Source: Acutalibacteraceae bacterium (lineage in GTDB: Bacteria > Bacillota > Clostridia > Oscillospirales > Acutalibacteraceae). From it: 64,000 bases of DNA. Positions 1 to 9,731 of the stretch are shown here, piece by piece (position 1 is the stretch's first letter; every line of letters begins with the position of its first letter). The DNA is taken from the NCBI GenBank assembly GCA_045633725.1, contig JAZQYX010000033.1:9969-73968 (forward strand), given 5' to 3'. Position numbers and translations under genes: made by a program. The notes under the pieces are model-generated. The model worked only from the letters and a program-made list of their open reading frames with translations. It ran no database searches and was not told where the DNA came from.

Positions 1-1
1 C

Positions 2-160
2 AAAAAGGAAGCCTGCCTAAAATATTTAGGCGAAGGTTTACACGGCTCACTTAAGAGCTTTAGTGTATTTAAAACCGATACACCTATTAAAACCTTTAAA
101 AAGGGTGAATGTTTAATTTCGGTATGCGGTACCGAAGATTTTGAAATTATAGAACAATAA
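2..160 (+). CDS. 3' end of an unidentified protein (C-terminal 52 codons; gene starts upstream of the window)
   Basis: The frame is open from position 2 to TAA at 158-160 (..KSFSVFKTDTPIKTFKKGECLISVCGTEDFEIIEQ*). A hairpin terminator follows immediately. No family was recognised. Confidence 0.4.
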   Translation, partial: KKEACLKYLGEGLHGSLKSFSVFKTDTPIKTFKKGECLISVCGTEDFEIIEQ

Positions 161-199
161 ACTGCTGCAAGTGAGCAACATCACAAGCAGCAGTTTTTT
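161..199 (+). terminator. Rho-independent terminator hairpin
   Basis: ACTGCTGC (161-168) pairs with GCAGCAGT (187-194), followed by TTTTT. It sits between convergent genes. Confidence 0.7.
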
Positions 200-205
200 A
201 ATATT

Positions 206-2596
206 TTACTTCTTATTCAGTTTTGATTTTAAGGTTTTAGGCGTAAATGTGGGTAAAAGTAATCTTCGCTTTATTGTATAGCTAAAGAAATTAGTTCTAT
301 ACTTAATCAACCTTTCAAGCATATCCCTTGCATCACTAATCTCTTGAATCTGCATATCAGTCGGTAACTCTTCGCCGTAAATCATAGCTTCAAGTATAGT
401 AATAGCACCGTTTACCTTTATCACATAGTTGGGGTCTAATATCTCACAAACCTTTTGGGCATTTTCCCGCATAGTTTGACCGAGCTTTAACCTACAACCT
501 AACCACATAAACTGACGCAACATATCAGAATAATAGTATATTGCCTGTTTTTCGGTAGATTTATAACGCTTACGCACTCTTTCCAACTTATAATAGCCCT
601 GAGCCGTTGCGGTATGCATTATAATGAGTAACAATGCCAACACTGTTAGTGAGCAGATTACGATAAGCGCAACATTAAGTGATGTTGACCACTTAAGATT
701 TGTACCTGCAACAGTCTTGATTTCTTCCTTTTCTTCTTCCTTCTTATCCTTATCTTTATCGTCACCGTCTTGTGAAGGACCAATGTCTTGCTGTGCAAAG
801 CCTATAGAGTGGTAATTGTTAGGTGACGGGTCAAAGGTCATCCAACCCACATTAGGAATATAGCATTCTACCCAAGTATAAGGAGATGAAACATCTACAA
901 CCTGTGACTTACCGTTTTTACTTGGCACAGTTACAAAGCCTGCCGCCAAGCGTGACGGAATACCCACTTCGCGAGCCATAGCTACCATTGCCGTAGCATA
1001 ATATACACAGTGACCGCGCTTAGTAGAAAATAACTTTTCTACTATATTATCGCCCTTGTAAAATTTATCAGGCTTTTTTACATAGGAAAAATTGTTATTA
1101 GAAAAGTATTCATTTATAAGCTTTGCCTTTTGATACTCATTATATTGGTTATCACGCAAATCCTTTACAGCATCAAGAATAACCTTTGGCGTTTCTTGGT
1201 ATAAAGGCGCTGTATAACGCTTATATAATTCGTTATCCTTATCGTATAGCGGGTCTATGATATACGAGTAAGTACCTAAAATAGTGTTCATTTTAGAGTC
1301 AGTATCATCGCTGGCAATATCGAAGCCTATGGTTTCGATAGTGTATTTATAATTCTTTTTGTGGCCGTAATAAGATATTATTCTACCGCGGCTGTCAAAG
1401 GTTATGGGATTCTTTGTACGGGTTAGCTCTTCAAATTTGGTAAGTTGCCCTACGGTTGGCAAAAAGTTAGTTTTTGCCTTAATTGTAAAGGTTATGCTAG
1501 CTTTTTCACCAACCCTGTTTAAATCAGCCATAAAGTCTTTATTATTTAACTGTGGCACAGATAAATAGCGGTTTTGTTCGTCTTTCCAAAAAGCGCCGTT
1601 TACTCTATAGCTTTTTTCAAAATTTGTAACCCAATTTTGACCGTTAAAGGTATCAAAGGCGGTCATTTTAACTCTCGTAGGCACCTTAAGATTGGTTGTA
1701 GCAAGTACGCCCTTAGGTATCTCGTAAAGGTCGCCGCCTACATAAGTACTATTAATTGCAAGCCCTAAATCAAACAAGGTTATGTTGACCTTTTTTTGTT
1801 CGTGGGTGTAGGTATCACTTACAGTTTGAATATCAATTACTGTATCCGAACAAAAGCGGTTACGAACACTGCCTGTTGTAGCTGACATCACAAAAAGCGA
1901 TGTTAGCGAAACAATCACCGCTATAAATGAAGAAACTACAACCATTAGCCATTTTCTGCCCAAAACACCGAATACATTTTTAAAATCAGGCAGTTTTTTG
2001 TTTTGGAATTTTTCACCCGCAATAAGTGGGAAAATACCAACAACAAAGAACGGAATTGTTAAAATATGATAACCAGTATAACCGAAAGCGTAGTTAGAAA
2101 CAACAAAAGCAATTGCTACTAAAACACTAATCCACACTCTTTTAGTAATACGCGCAATCGCAAAATACATTATTGATACGCCTATATTCATACAGGTATG
2201 TATCAGATTATAGCCTTGAGCTGTATACCATTTTGATTCTATCGACATTCCGCCGAACCACCAATTAAAGAAGCTGGCAACACTTTTAAAGAAGGAAATT
2301 AAATCTCCGCTTAAAGATATAGCCAAAAAGAAAATCGGTATTAAAATGCCAAAGTAAATTACCGAAATCCACCAACGACGAGACAGCAAAAATACTGCGA
2401 GTGTTGCGGCGGCGGTTTGCCAAAGTATAGCGCCGATTCCAATTTGCATAGTGAACTGTGAGTCTAATATTAAAGCAGTGCCCACAGATAAAAGCCAACA
2501 ACTCAAACAAACGCATATTAGCTCGATAAATGTTTCTTTTTTCTCTATCTTTTCAAATTTAGCCTTACGCTTAAAAATTTTACCTAAAAAACTCAC
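206..2596 (-). CDS. Polytopic membrane protein with transglutaminase-like cysteine protease core
   Basis: About 7 N-terminal hydrophobic helices. Transglutaminase core motifs RGHCVYYATAMVAMAREVGIPSRLAAGF and WVECYIPNVGWMTFDPS. An acidic DKDKDKKEEEKEE linker precedes a further TM helix. The start overlaps the stop of the DUF58 gene. Confidence 0.85.
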   Translation of the reverse strand: MSFLGKIFKRKAKFEKIEKKETFIELICVCLSCWLLSVGTALILDSQFTMQIGIGAILWQTAAATLAVFLLSRRWWISVIYFGILIPIFFLAISLSGDLISFFKSVASFFNWWFGGMSIESKWYTAQGYNLIHTCMNIGVSIMYFAIARITKRVWISVLVAIAFVVSNYAFGYTGYHILTIPFFVVGIFPLIAGEKFQNKKLPDFKNVFGVLGRKWLMVVVSSFIAVIVSLTSLFVMSATTGSVRNRFCSDTVIDIQTVSDTYTHEQKKVNITLFDLGLAINSTYVGGDLYEIPKGVLATTNLKVPTRVKMTAFDTFNGQNWVTNFEKSYRVNGAFWKDEQNRYLSVPQLNNKDFMADLNRVGEKASITFTIKAKTNFLPTVGQLTKFEELTRTKNPITFDSRGRIISYYGHKKNYKYTIETIGFDIASDDTDSKMNTILGTYSYIIDPLYDKDNELYKRYTAPLYQETPKVILDAVKDLRDNQYNEYQKAKLINEYFSNNNFSYVKKPDKFYKGDNIVEKLFSTKRGHCVYYATAMVAMAREVGIPSRLAAGFVTVPSKNGKSQVVDVSSPYTWVECYIPNVGWMTFDPSPNNYHSIGFAQQDIGPSQDGDDKDKDKKEEEKEEIKTVAGTNLKWSTSLNVALIVICSLTVLALLLIIMHTATAQGYYKLERVRKRYKSTEKQAIYYYSDMLRQFMWLGCRLKLGQTMRENAQKVCEILDPNYVIKVNGAITILEAMIYGEELPTDMQIQEISDARDMLERLIKYRTNFFSYTIKRRLLLPTFTPKTLKSKLNKK

Positions 2597-3789
2597 AAAA
2601 CACCACCCACCATTTCTTTGATTTTAGCGGTATCGGTGATTTTTACGATAATCTCTTGCACATAATCGTCCTCCTGCCCCACATCATCTAAAACAGGAGT
2701 CGGAATAATACATCTTGCTAATTTACCGTTTTTGCAATAATCGGCAAAATCACTTATAACAGCGGTTGACGGGCTCGCAGATATTAGGAATATTTTATCT
2801 GCACCTACAATATTTTTATTATCATTAGCAGTCAATTCAAGCGACTCTTCTGCAATATAAAACGGAACACCAGAGAAATTAAACTGCATATTACGAACAT
2901 CATTTTCGGTTGAAAGCTCAAAAACTTCATTAGCAAGACCTTGTTCGTTTCTTAAAAGAACAATCTCTACAGTATGGTTTTTAGCGATAAAGAAGTTCGC
3001 TAACGAAATTGCAACTTCTCCCGTTATGTCAATAATATCACCTTTTTGAGCTTCTGATACCGCAGTATCAACTGCTATGACGATATTCGGATTTTGAAGT
3101 CTTTCGTACTGTCGCGAATAAAGTTGTTTAGTACGCGCGCTAAGCTTCCAGTTAATGCGTTTTAGGGTGTCACCCTCTCTATAAAGACGCGAATCTCCCA
3201 AAAGCTCTCCCTGTTCAGAGTCTAAAGTGCTTGTTAAACCATAGTCGCCAAGTGAAACTGTCTCTACATCGTTTCTTAAAGTATGTATATTAGGCATAAC
3301 CCAAAGTTTTGAATATGCCTTTTCCTTGCTTGAACGGATAAGCGGTAAGGAGAACAAACCGAAAAGGTCTTCAAAACGCAGCTTTTTAACGCCAACCTCC
3401 CAAACGCCCATATGCTCGCAAGGGATATGAAATTCAAACTTATGCTCAACAACAAACGATGGTAGCATAAGAAAAGAATGTTTGCGGCGTTTTTGCTTTT
3501 TAGTCTGATAATCTGCATTCTGAATAGAAAGATAGCCCGCAACGGGTAAAAGCGCAATACCGCGAAGCAATAGTGTATACTTCGCAACTTCACCGCGCAA
3601 AGCCAAAGCTTTGTCAATTTGAGATTTTAAACTTAAGGTAACAGAAGCTAAAAGTATGGAAATCAGCGAATAAGCTTCTAACACACCAACACAAAGTGCT
3701 ACTATTAAAAACTCGTGCATTTCTGTTCCTAAAGCAAAGATTAGTAATATCAGCTCTAAAAGAGTGATAACAAATCCTCTTAAAGTCAT
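2593..3789 (-). CDS. DUF58 family protein (vWA-like partner of MoxR ATPases)
   Basis: Two N-terminal TM helices. Motif LYREGDTLKRINWKLSARTKQLYSRQYE is typical of DUF58. It lies between MoxR and the transglutaminase gene. Confidence 0.8.
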   Translation of the reverse strand: MTLRGFVITLLELILLIFALGTEMHEFLIVALCVGVLEAYSLISILLASVTLSLKSQIDKALALRGEVAKYTLLLRGIALLPVAGYLSIQNADYQTKKQKRRKHSFLMLPSFVVEHKFEFHIPCEHMGVWEVGVKKLRFEDLFGLFSLPLIRSSKEKAYSKLWVMPNIHTLRNDVETVSLGDYGLTSTLDSEQGELLGDSRLYREGDTLKRINWKLSARTKQLYSRQYERLQNPNIVIAVDTAVSEAQKGDIIDITGEVAISLANFFIAKNHTVEIVLLRNEQGLANEVFELSTENDVRNMQFNFSGVPFYIAEESLELTANDNKNIVGADKIFLISASPSTAVISDFADYCKNGKLARCIIPTPVLDDVGQEDDYVQEIIVKITDTAKIKEMVGGVL

Positions 3790-3835
3790 AAATTAAAATT
3801 TCCTTTCAGCAGGAATTAGTCATTAAATTAAAGTA

Positions 3836-4777
3836 TTAGCCCTTAACCTTTGGAACCTTAACTGTGCTTAAAATATCGTTTATAGCATCTTCTGCGGTTG
3901 TTCCGCTTGCACCTGAACGGTTTTTCATAATCATTCTGTGCGCCAAAACAAAGGGAGCCAAACGCTTAACATCATCAGGTACAACATAGTTTCTACCCTC
4001 TAAAATAGCCATACCGCAAGCCGCTTGTGCCAAAGCAATAGAGCCACGCGGACTAACACCTGTAGCAACAGTATCATAGTTGCGGGTAGCAGTTGTAATT
4101 TCAACAATATACTTCATAACTTCGTCTGTGATGAAAACAAGTTCTAAAGCTTCTTGAATTTTAATAATTTCTTCAGCGGTAGCAACTGCTTGGAGCTTAG
4201 TTTCGTTAATAGCAGAACGGTTTTTGCGAATAATATCAATTTCAGAATCAAATGAAGGATAACCCATTTTAATTTTCATTAAGAAACGGTCAAGCTGAGC
4301 TTCAGGAAGCGGATATGTACCTGCCGTATCAACAGGGTTTTCAGTAGCCATAATCATAAACGGTTTCGGTAACTGATATGTAACACCGTCAACAGTCACC
4401 TGTCTTTCCTGCATTGCTTCTAAAAGCGCAGACTGGGTCTTAGGGCTTGCGCGGTTGATTTCATCCGCTAATACAATTTGTGAATGTACGCTACCCTTAT
4501 GGAAAGATTTTTTACCTGTGTTAATATCGTAAACATTAAAACCGGTAATATCTGATGGGAGCACATCAGGAGTAAATTGTATACGCTGAAAATCGCAACC
4601 TAAAGAAGATGCTAATGCGCTTGCCAGTGTAGTTTTACCAAGACCTGGAAGGTCTTCAATAATGATATGACCCGAGCAAATAAGCGAAACTAAAAGCATA
4701 TCAATAACTTCGTCTTTACCTACTACAACATTTTTAATATTTTCCTTAATAGCCTCTAAGCATTTAATTCTATTCAT
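3836..4777 (-). CDS. MoxR-family AAA+ ATPase
   Basis: Walker [17 protein letters not shown], Walker B VLADEINRASPKTQSALLEAMQE, and RIQFTPDVLPSDITG, all typical of the AAA_3/MoxR family. Length 313 aa. Confidence 0.9.
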   Translation of the reverse strand: MNRIKCLEAIKENIKNVVVGKDEVIDMLLVSLICSGHIIIEDLPGLGKTTLASALASSLGCDFQRIQFTPDVLPSDITGFNVYDINTGKKSFHKGSVHSQIVLADEINRASPKTQSALLEAMQERQVTVDGVTYQLPKPFMIMATENPVDTAGTYPLPEAQLDRFLMKIKMGYPSFDSEIDIIRKNRSAINETKLQAVATAEEIIKIQEALELVFITDEVMKYIVEITTATRNYDTVATGVSPRGSIALAQAACGMAILEGRNYVVPDDVKRLAPFVLAHRMIMKNRSGASGTTAEDAINDILSTVKVPKVKG

Positions 4778-4960
4778 TTCATTTTCTCCTTTACAGGTTA
4801 AAATTATACTAAGTTATGGTAACATAAAATCCTACAATTTGCAAGAAAATTTCATGGCCTTTTACAATTACATTTAATTTAAATCTTTTCATCACCATAT
4901 TGTCGTAATAAATAATGAAAAAAGATATTTATTGTCATTGCCATTTTAGTTACTGTAAAA

Positions 4961-4996
4961 GAAAAAGTATGCTACAATAAAAATATTGTAGCATAC
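4961..4996 (-). terminator. Rho-independent terminator of the ctsR-clpC operon
   Basis: Perfect 12-bp hairpin GTATGCTACAAT/ATTGTAGCATAC (4967-4978 / 4985-4996), with a T-run on the minus strand (4961-4966). Confidence 0.8.
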
Positions 4997-5007
4997 CAAA
5001 TTCGGCA

Positions 5008-7437
5008 TCAGCATTTGCAGAAAATAAAATTTTTGCCGTCAAAACTGCATTTTACAGTATCCCCTGCCACAAAATCGCCCGATAGGATTTTTTCGCTGAA
5101 TGCATCTTCTATTTTATTTTGAATTTCGCGTCTTAACGGGCGCGCACCGTAAACCGCATCAAAACCTTTTTCAGCCAAAGCGGATTTAACAGTAGAATCA
5201 AACTCTAATTTAATATTAAGATTTTCTACTCTTTTTTCCAAATTTTGAAGCATTTTTTGCGCAATTTCTTCAATTTCGGTTTTATTAAGCTTCGTAAATA
5301 CAATTATATCATCCACGCGGTTTAAAAATTCGGGACGGAAGGTGGATTTAAGCTCGCCTAAAACCAAATCCTTAACATCACGGTTGTTATCGTTATTTTC
5401 GGTAAATCCAAAGCTCACCTTTTTATCGGTTATAAGGCGTGCACCGATATTCGAAGTCATAATAATTACTGTGTTTTTAAAGTCAACCCGTCTTCCCTGA
5501 CTGTCGGTTAAAATTCCGTCTTCAAGTATTTGCAAAAGCATATTAAAAACATCGGGATGCGCTTTTTCAATTTCATCAAAAAGCACTACTGAATAGGGGT
5601 TTCTTCTAACCTTTTCGGTTAGCTGTCCGCCTTCTTCAAAGCCTACATATCCGGGCGGTGAGCCCACAAGACGCGATACCGTATGCTTTTCCATATACTC
5701 CGACATATCAAGCCGTATCATCATATTTTCATTACCGAACATTGATACCGCCAAGGCTTTACAAAGTTCGGTTTTACCGACACCAGTAGGACCTAAGAAA
5801 ATGAATGAGCCGATAGGTCTTTTAGGGTCCTTTAAACCCACTCTACCCCTGCGAATAGCCTTAGCTACTGCGGTTACCGCTTCGTCTTGACCTACAATAC
5901 GGTTATGAAGCTCGGTTTCAAGCTTTAAAAGGCGTTCACCTTCTTCTTTTGTCAGCTGTGCTACAGGCACTCCTGTCCAGCTTGATACAATTGTGGCAAT
6001 ATCGTCTTCGGTAACCTTGCCGTTAACATAGTTGTTTTCGTTTTTCCATTTCTCTTTTTCTGCCTGATATTTTTGCTTAAGCTGAATTTCTTTGTCGCGT
6101 AAAGTGGCGGCTTTTTCAAACTCTTGTGCAGCGATTGCCTCTTCCTTTTCGCTTTCGGTAGTTTCAATTTCATTTTCTATATCACGCAACAAATCGGGCA
6201 TTTCACAATTTGAAAGCCTTACCTTAGAGCCCGCTTCGTCCAAAAGGTCAATTGCCTTATCGGGCAAAAATCTATCAGTAATATAACGCGCCGAAAGCTT
6301 TACAGCGCTTTCTATAGCCGTATCGGTAATCTCTACCTTATGATGCGCTTCGTACTTACTTTTAAGTCCCTTTAAGATAAGAATAGCATCATCTTCAGTA
6401 GGTTCTGCTACCGTAACAGGCTGAAAACGGCGTTCAAGTGCTGAATCCTTTTCAATATTCTTACGGTATTCGGTTATTGTGGTAGCTCCAATAAGCTGTA
6501 ATTCACCCCTTGCAAGCGATGGCTTCAAGATATTAGCTGCATCTGTAGAGCCTTCGGCCGAGCCGACACCGATTATGGTGTGTACTTCATCAATAAAGAG
6601 TATTACATCTTTAGCTTTAACAACTTCGTCTATAATTGCCTTAATGCGTTCTTCAAAATCACCGCGGTATTTTGTTCCCGCAACCATACCCGTAAGGTCA
6701 AGGGTGAAAAGGCGCTTATTCTCTAATATTTCGGGCACATTTCTATCCACTATTCTTTGTGCCAAGCCTTCAATTATAGCTGTTTTGCCTACACCCGGCT
6801 CACCTATTAAGCAAGGGTTATTTTTAGTGCGACGGCAAAGAATTTGAATAATACGCTCAACCTCACTATCCCTGCCTATTACGGGGTCTATTTTGTTGTT
6901 TTTGGCACTTTCGGTTAAATCGGTGCCGTATTTTTCAAGGGTTGGTGTTTTGGTGTTTTTAGGCTTTTGCGCGCCTTGTAAATTAGTACCATTTTCTATA
7001 CCCGATGCCTTTAAAACTGCGGTTATAAGTGTATTTACATCTACACCCAACTCCGATATAAAACGAATTGCATAATTATCGCCGTCATTAAGTATTCCTA
7101 TAAGTAAATGCTCAGTGCCGATAAACTTTTTGCCTATTGCGCTACAACCGTTCATAGCAGATTCTATAACCCTTTTAGCGCGAGGTGTAAAATAATCGGG
7201 TGAAAGCTTTGTAGGAGTACCGCTACCTATTTGGGTGCGGATAAGCTCTTCTATTTTTGTGGCATCTACACCATTTTTTTCAAGTATTACCGATGCTACA
7301 CCACCATCAATCCGCAAAAGGCCCAACAGCAGATGCTCACTACCTACATAGGTATGTCCTAATTGTTCGGCCGATTCGATTGCCTTATTTAAGGCCTCGT
7401 TAGCCTTTGCGGTAAAACCGTTAAAATTATATTTCAT
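5008..7437 (-). CDS. clpC: ATP-dependent Clp protease ATP-binding subunit ClpC
   Basis: Double Clp_N repeat at the N-terminus. Two Walker A motifs ([16 protein letters not shown]). Short UVR-like middle domain. ClpP-docking loop SFGF. It is the last gene of the ctsR-mcsA-mcsB-clpC operon. Confidence 0.95.
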   Translation of the reverse strand: MKYNFNGFTAKANEALNKAIESAEQLGHTYVGSEHLLLGLLRIDGGVASVILEKNGVDATKIEELIRTQIGSGTPTKLSPDYFTPRAKRVIESAMNGCSAIGKKFIGTEHLLIGILNDGDNYAIRFISELGVDVNTLITAVLKASGIENGTNLQGAQKPKNTKTPTLEKYGTDLTESAKNNKIDPVIGRDSEVERIIQILCRRTKNNPCLIGEPGVGKTAIIEGLAQRIVDRNVPEILENKRLFTLDLTGMVAGTKYRGDFEERIKAIIDEVVKAKDVILFIDEVHTIIGVGSAEGSTDAANILKPSLARGELQLIGATTITEYRKNIEKDSALERRFQPVTVAEPTEDDAILILKGLKSKYEAHHKVEITDTAIESAVKLSARYITDRFLPDKAIDLLDEAGSKVRLSNCEMPDLLRDIENEIETTESEKEEAIAAQEFEKAATLRDKEIQLKQKYQAEKEKWKNENNYVNGKVTEDDIATIVSSWTGVPVAQLTKEEGERLLKLETELHNRIVGQDEAVTAVAKAIRRGRVGLKDPKRPIGSFIFLGPTGVGKTELCKALAVSMFGNENMMIRLDMSEYMEKHTVSRLVGSPPGYVGFEEGGQLTEKVRRNPYSVVLFDEIEKAHPDVFNMLLQILEDGILTDSQGRRVDFKNTVIIMTSNIGARLITDKKVSFGFTENNDNNRDVKDLVLGELKSTFRPEFLNRVDDIIVFTKLNKTEIEEIAQKMLQNLEKRVENLNIKLEFDSTVKSALAEKGFDAVYGARPLRREIQNKIEDAFSEKILSGDFVAGDTVKCSFDGKNFIFCKC

Positions 7438-7457
7438 AAATTACCTTACCTCCAAAT

Positions 7458-8465
7458 TTAGCCAAAAGCCTCTCTTACCATATTGGCTCTGTAAATATCT
7501 CGGTCTTTTGGCTCTAAAATGCCGTATTTTTGCATAAGCATAAATGGTTGTGCTTCTACCAAAACCTTTATTGGTAAAACATCAATTTTAAGTATGCCCA
7601 TACTTTGACCCAATTTAACACGCGAAATCAATTGCATCATCTCACTGCTTGAAAGTACTCTTGCGTTTTGTAAGATTGCAAGAGCGCGAAAACAAATATC
7701 TTTAAGTGAAATAGTATCAATTTTCTTACGGCTTTCTAACTCTTTTTCCATAAACTGTGTTGTAATTATATTAAGATTTTCCAAAGCGTTTTTCTCGCTC
7801 AGTCCTAAAGTGACCTGATTAGAAATCTGATAAAGCGCTGCCGCCGATTTAGAGCCCTCGCCGTACATACCCCTTACAGTAAAGCCGATTTTAGCTATAG
7901 AACTGCTAAGCTCTTCAATTTCGCCACTATTTTCAAGCGCGGGTAAATGTAGCATTACCGAAGCCCTAAGCCCTGTGCCTAAATTGGTAGGGCATTCGGT
8001 TAAAAAGCCTAAATTACTGTCAAAAGCAAACTGCAAATAACCGTGCAAAAGATTGTCTATTCTTTCGGCAACATCGTAGGCTTCAGTAAGCTGTAAACCT
8101 GAACTTATCACCTGTATTCTTATATGGTCTTCTTCGCCAATCATAATGCTTATACTCTCGTCAGGAGAAAGTATAACAGCACTATCACTCTTTAATTTTG
8201 CAAATTCGGGACTGATTATATGGCGCTCTACCATAGCGTATTTTTGTGTTTCGGGTACATCGCGCATATCAATATATTTTAGGCTTTTCGCAAACGGAGT
8301 GTTGCTTTCTAAAATTGCTTTTTTAACCTTAGCGTTAAGCTCGGCGCGCTCCAGATTAGTCATTCGTGAAGGAAACGGTATACCGCTTAAGTTTCTTGCA
8401 AGCCTTATACGGCTGCTTAGCACAATATCATTTTTAGGGCCTTCTGTTTGATACCAACTACTCAT
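7458..8465 (-). CDS. mcsB: Protein arginine kinase McsB
   Basis: Guanidino-kinase signature CPTNLGTGLRASV. 335 aa. The gene sits in the expected operon position. Confidence 0.93.
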   Translation of the reverse strand: MSSWYQTEGPKNDIVLSSRIRLARNLSGIPFPSRMTNLERAELNAKVKKAILESNTPFAKSLKYIDMRDVPETQKYAMVERHIISPEFAKLKSDSAVILSPDESISIMIGEEDHIRIQVISSGLQLTEAYDVAERIDNLLHGYLQFAFDSNLGFLTECPTNLGTGLRASVMLHLPALENSGEIEELSSSIAKIGFTVRGMYGEGSKSAAALYQISNQVTLGLSEKNALENLNIITTQFMEKELESRKKIDTISLKDICFRALAILQNARVLSSSEMMQLISRVKLGQSMGILKIDVLPIKVLVEAQPFMLMQKYGILEPKDRDIYRANMVREAFG

Positions 8466-8946
8466 TGTTTACCGCCTCTATTTCTTTGATTTTATCCCTT
8501 ACTATAGCCGCCTGCTCGTAATTTTCTGCGGCTACAAGCTGGGAAAGCTTTGCGCGTAAATCTTCAACTGTTTCGGTTTTAGGTCTTGCCATTAACGACT
8601 CACTATTAGGAATTTTACCAACATGCTTGGTGCTACCGTGAACTCGCTTTAAATATGGTAAAAGTTCGTTATAAAAGGTTTTATAGCATTCGGTACAACC
8701 TGCCTTGCCGCTTTTTGCAATATCGGTAAAGCTACTTTTACAAACAGGGCATTGCTTTTGCTCTAGCGTACTTGAAATATTAGTTATATCACCAAACATT
8801 GAAGCAAGCATTCCTGTAAGAGTATTACCGCTATAGCTAAAAGCTTTAGCACAGTTTTCACAAAGATTATATTCCCTGACAATACCATTTACTACCGTTT
8901 TAATATGTGTGGTGGCATGATTTTTTCCGCATTTTTCACAAAACAT
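8458..8946 (-). CDS. mcsA: McsA, activator of protein arginine kinase (zinc-finger/UVR protein)
   Basis: CxxC pairs (CEKCGK, CENC, CPVC, CTEC) and a C-terminal UVR motif (AAENYEQAAIVRDKIKEIE). It overlaps the mcsB start by 8 nt. Confidence 0.9.
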   Translation of the reverse strand: MFCEKCGKNHATTHIKTVVNGIVREYNLCENCAKAFSYSGNTLTGMLASMFGDITNISSTLEQKQCPVCKSSFTDIAKSGKAGCTECYKTFYNELLPYLKRVHGSTKHVGKIPNSESLMARPKTETVEDLRAKLSQLVAAENYEQAAIVRDKIKEIEAVNNE

Positions 8947-8959
8947 TAAAAAATCTCCT

Positions 8960-9412
8960 TTAAATTAAGGTTAAAAGCATTTGCTTTAAGAGTGCCGCGC
9001 GTAAAAAGTCGCGTAGCGCAGGCGGAACGGCCTGTAATGCCGTATTTGAAACCGCCGCATACATAAGTTTAGCCTGCTTTTGTTCAATCAAATCTGTTTG
9101 TAGGCAATTTTCAATAACAATGCGCGTGCTTAAAGCATCAATTCTGTCCCCAATAGAATTTATAACATGCATTATAGCCGATGTATGATTTAAGGTTATG
9201 CGCTTTATACGAATATATCCCCCACCGCCACGACGACTTTCAATTATATAGCCGTGCTCAGGAGTAAAGCGTGAAGATAAAACATAGTTTATTTGACTGG
9301 GTGCACAACCCATAAGCGCGGCAAACTCGTTACGCTGAATTTCGGCAGTGTTTACATCCGATTCATTAAGCATTCTCATTATTTCTTTTGTTATTATATC
9401 ACTTAACCGCAT
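8960..9412 (-). CDS. ctsR: Class III stress-gene repressor CtsR
   Basis: Hallmark ESRRGGGGYIRI glycine loop, an N-terminal wHTH, and 150 aa length. Confidence 0.93.
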   Translation of the reverse strand: MRLSDIITKEIMRMLNESDVNTAEIQRNEFAALMGCAPSQINYVLSSRFTPEHGYIIESRRGGGGYIRIKRITLNHTSAIMHVINSIGDRIDALSTRIVIENCLQTDLIEQKQAKLMYAAVSNTALQAVPPALRDFLRAALLKQMLLTLI

Positions 9413-9427
9413 TAAAAATTCTCCTTT

Positions 9428-9446
9428 TTTGACTTTCTCTGACTTT
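9428..9446 (-). promoter_or_regulatory. CtsR operator (heptad direct repeat) overlapping the predicted ctsR transcription start
   Basis: The minus strand reads AAAGTCAGAGAAAGTCAAA. The published consensus is (A/G)GTCAAA-NAN-(A/G)GTCAAA. It lies directly downstream of the -10 box. Confidence 0.75.
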
Positions 9447-9447
9447 A

Positions 9448-9475
9448 ATTATACACAAAAGTCAGGAAAAGTCAA
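9448..9475 (-). promoter_or_regulatory. SigA-type promoter of the ctsR operon
   Basis: The minus strand reads TTGACT (9470-9475), a 16-nt spacer, then TATAAT (9448-9453). Confidence 0.75.
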
Positions 9476-9476
9476 T
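9458..9476 (+). promoter_or_regulatory. Second CtsR operator, opposite orientation, overlapping the -35 box
   Basis: The plus strand reads AAAGTCAGGAAAAGTCAAT, the same heptad repeat architecture as 9428-9446. Confidence 0.7.
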
Positions 9477-9546
9477 ACCCTAATTTTGTAACACGCAATT
9501 TATTTTTGCATAGTATGTGATGAAGACAAAAAAGGAGGTCTTTTTA

Positions 9547-9681
9547 ATGTGTAATAATAATGGTAATGGTTGTACTTGGATTATAATCTTAATCCTCATC
9601 CTCTTCTGCTGTGGCGGTTGGGGCAATAACAACAATGGTTGCGGCTGCGGTTGCGACAACGGTTGCAATACTTGCTGCTAA
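9547..9681 (+). CDS. Tiny Cys/Gly/Asn-rich single-pass membrane protein (44 aa), absent from the ORF track
   Basis: ATG at 9547 lies 8 nt downstream of AGGAGG (9533-9538). Translation: MCNNNGNGCTWIIILILILFCCGGWGNNNNGCGCGCDNGCNTCC*. A perfect terminator hairpin follows. Confidence 0.65.
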   Translation: MCNNNGNGCTWIIILILILFCCGGWGNNNNGCGCGCDNGCNTCC

Positions 9682-9692
9682 ACCAAACAAAA

Positions 9693-9723
9693 AGAGCCGT
9701 CCTACTTAATGTGGGACGGCTCT
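9693..9723. terminator. Bidirectional rho-independent terminator
   Basis: AGAGCCGTCC (9693-9702) pairs with GGACGGCTCT (9714-9723). Both sides are T-rich or A-rich. It sits between the tiny ORF (+) and the clpE-like gene (-). Confidence 0.8.
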
Positions 9724-9731
9724 CTTTATAT

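Noticed and set aside
9480-9668. 62-aa Pro/Gln-rich ORF (MQPLSQPQPQPLLLLPQPP...) on the minus strand
   Set aside because: It is the exact antisense of the SD-preceded Cys/Gly/Asn-rich ORF. Its repetitive P/Q composition mirrors the GGT/TGC/AAC codons opposite. It has no SD, and it would run through the ctsR promoter region.
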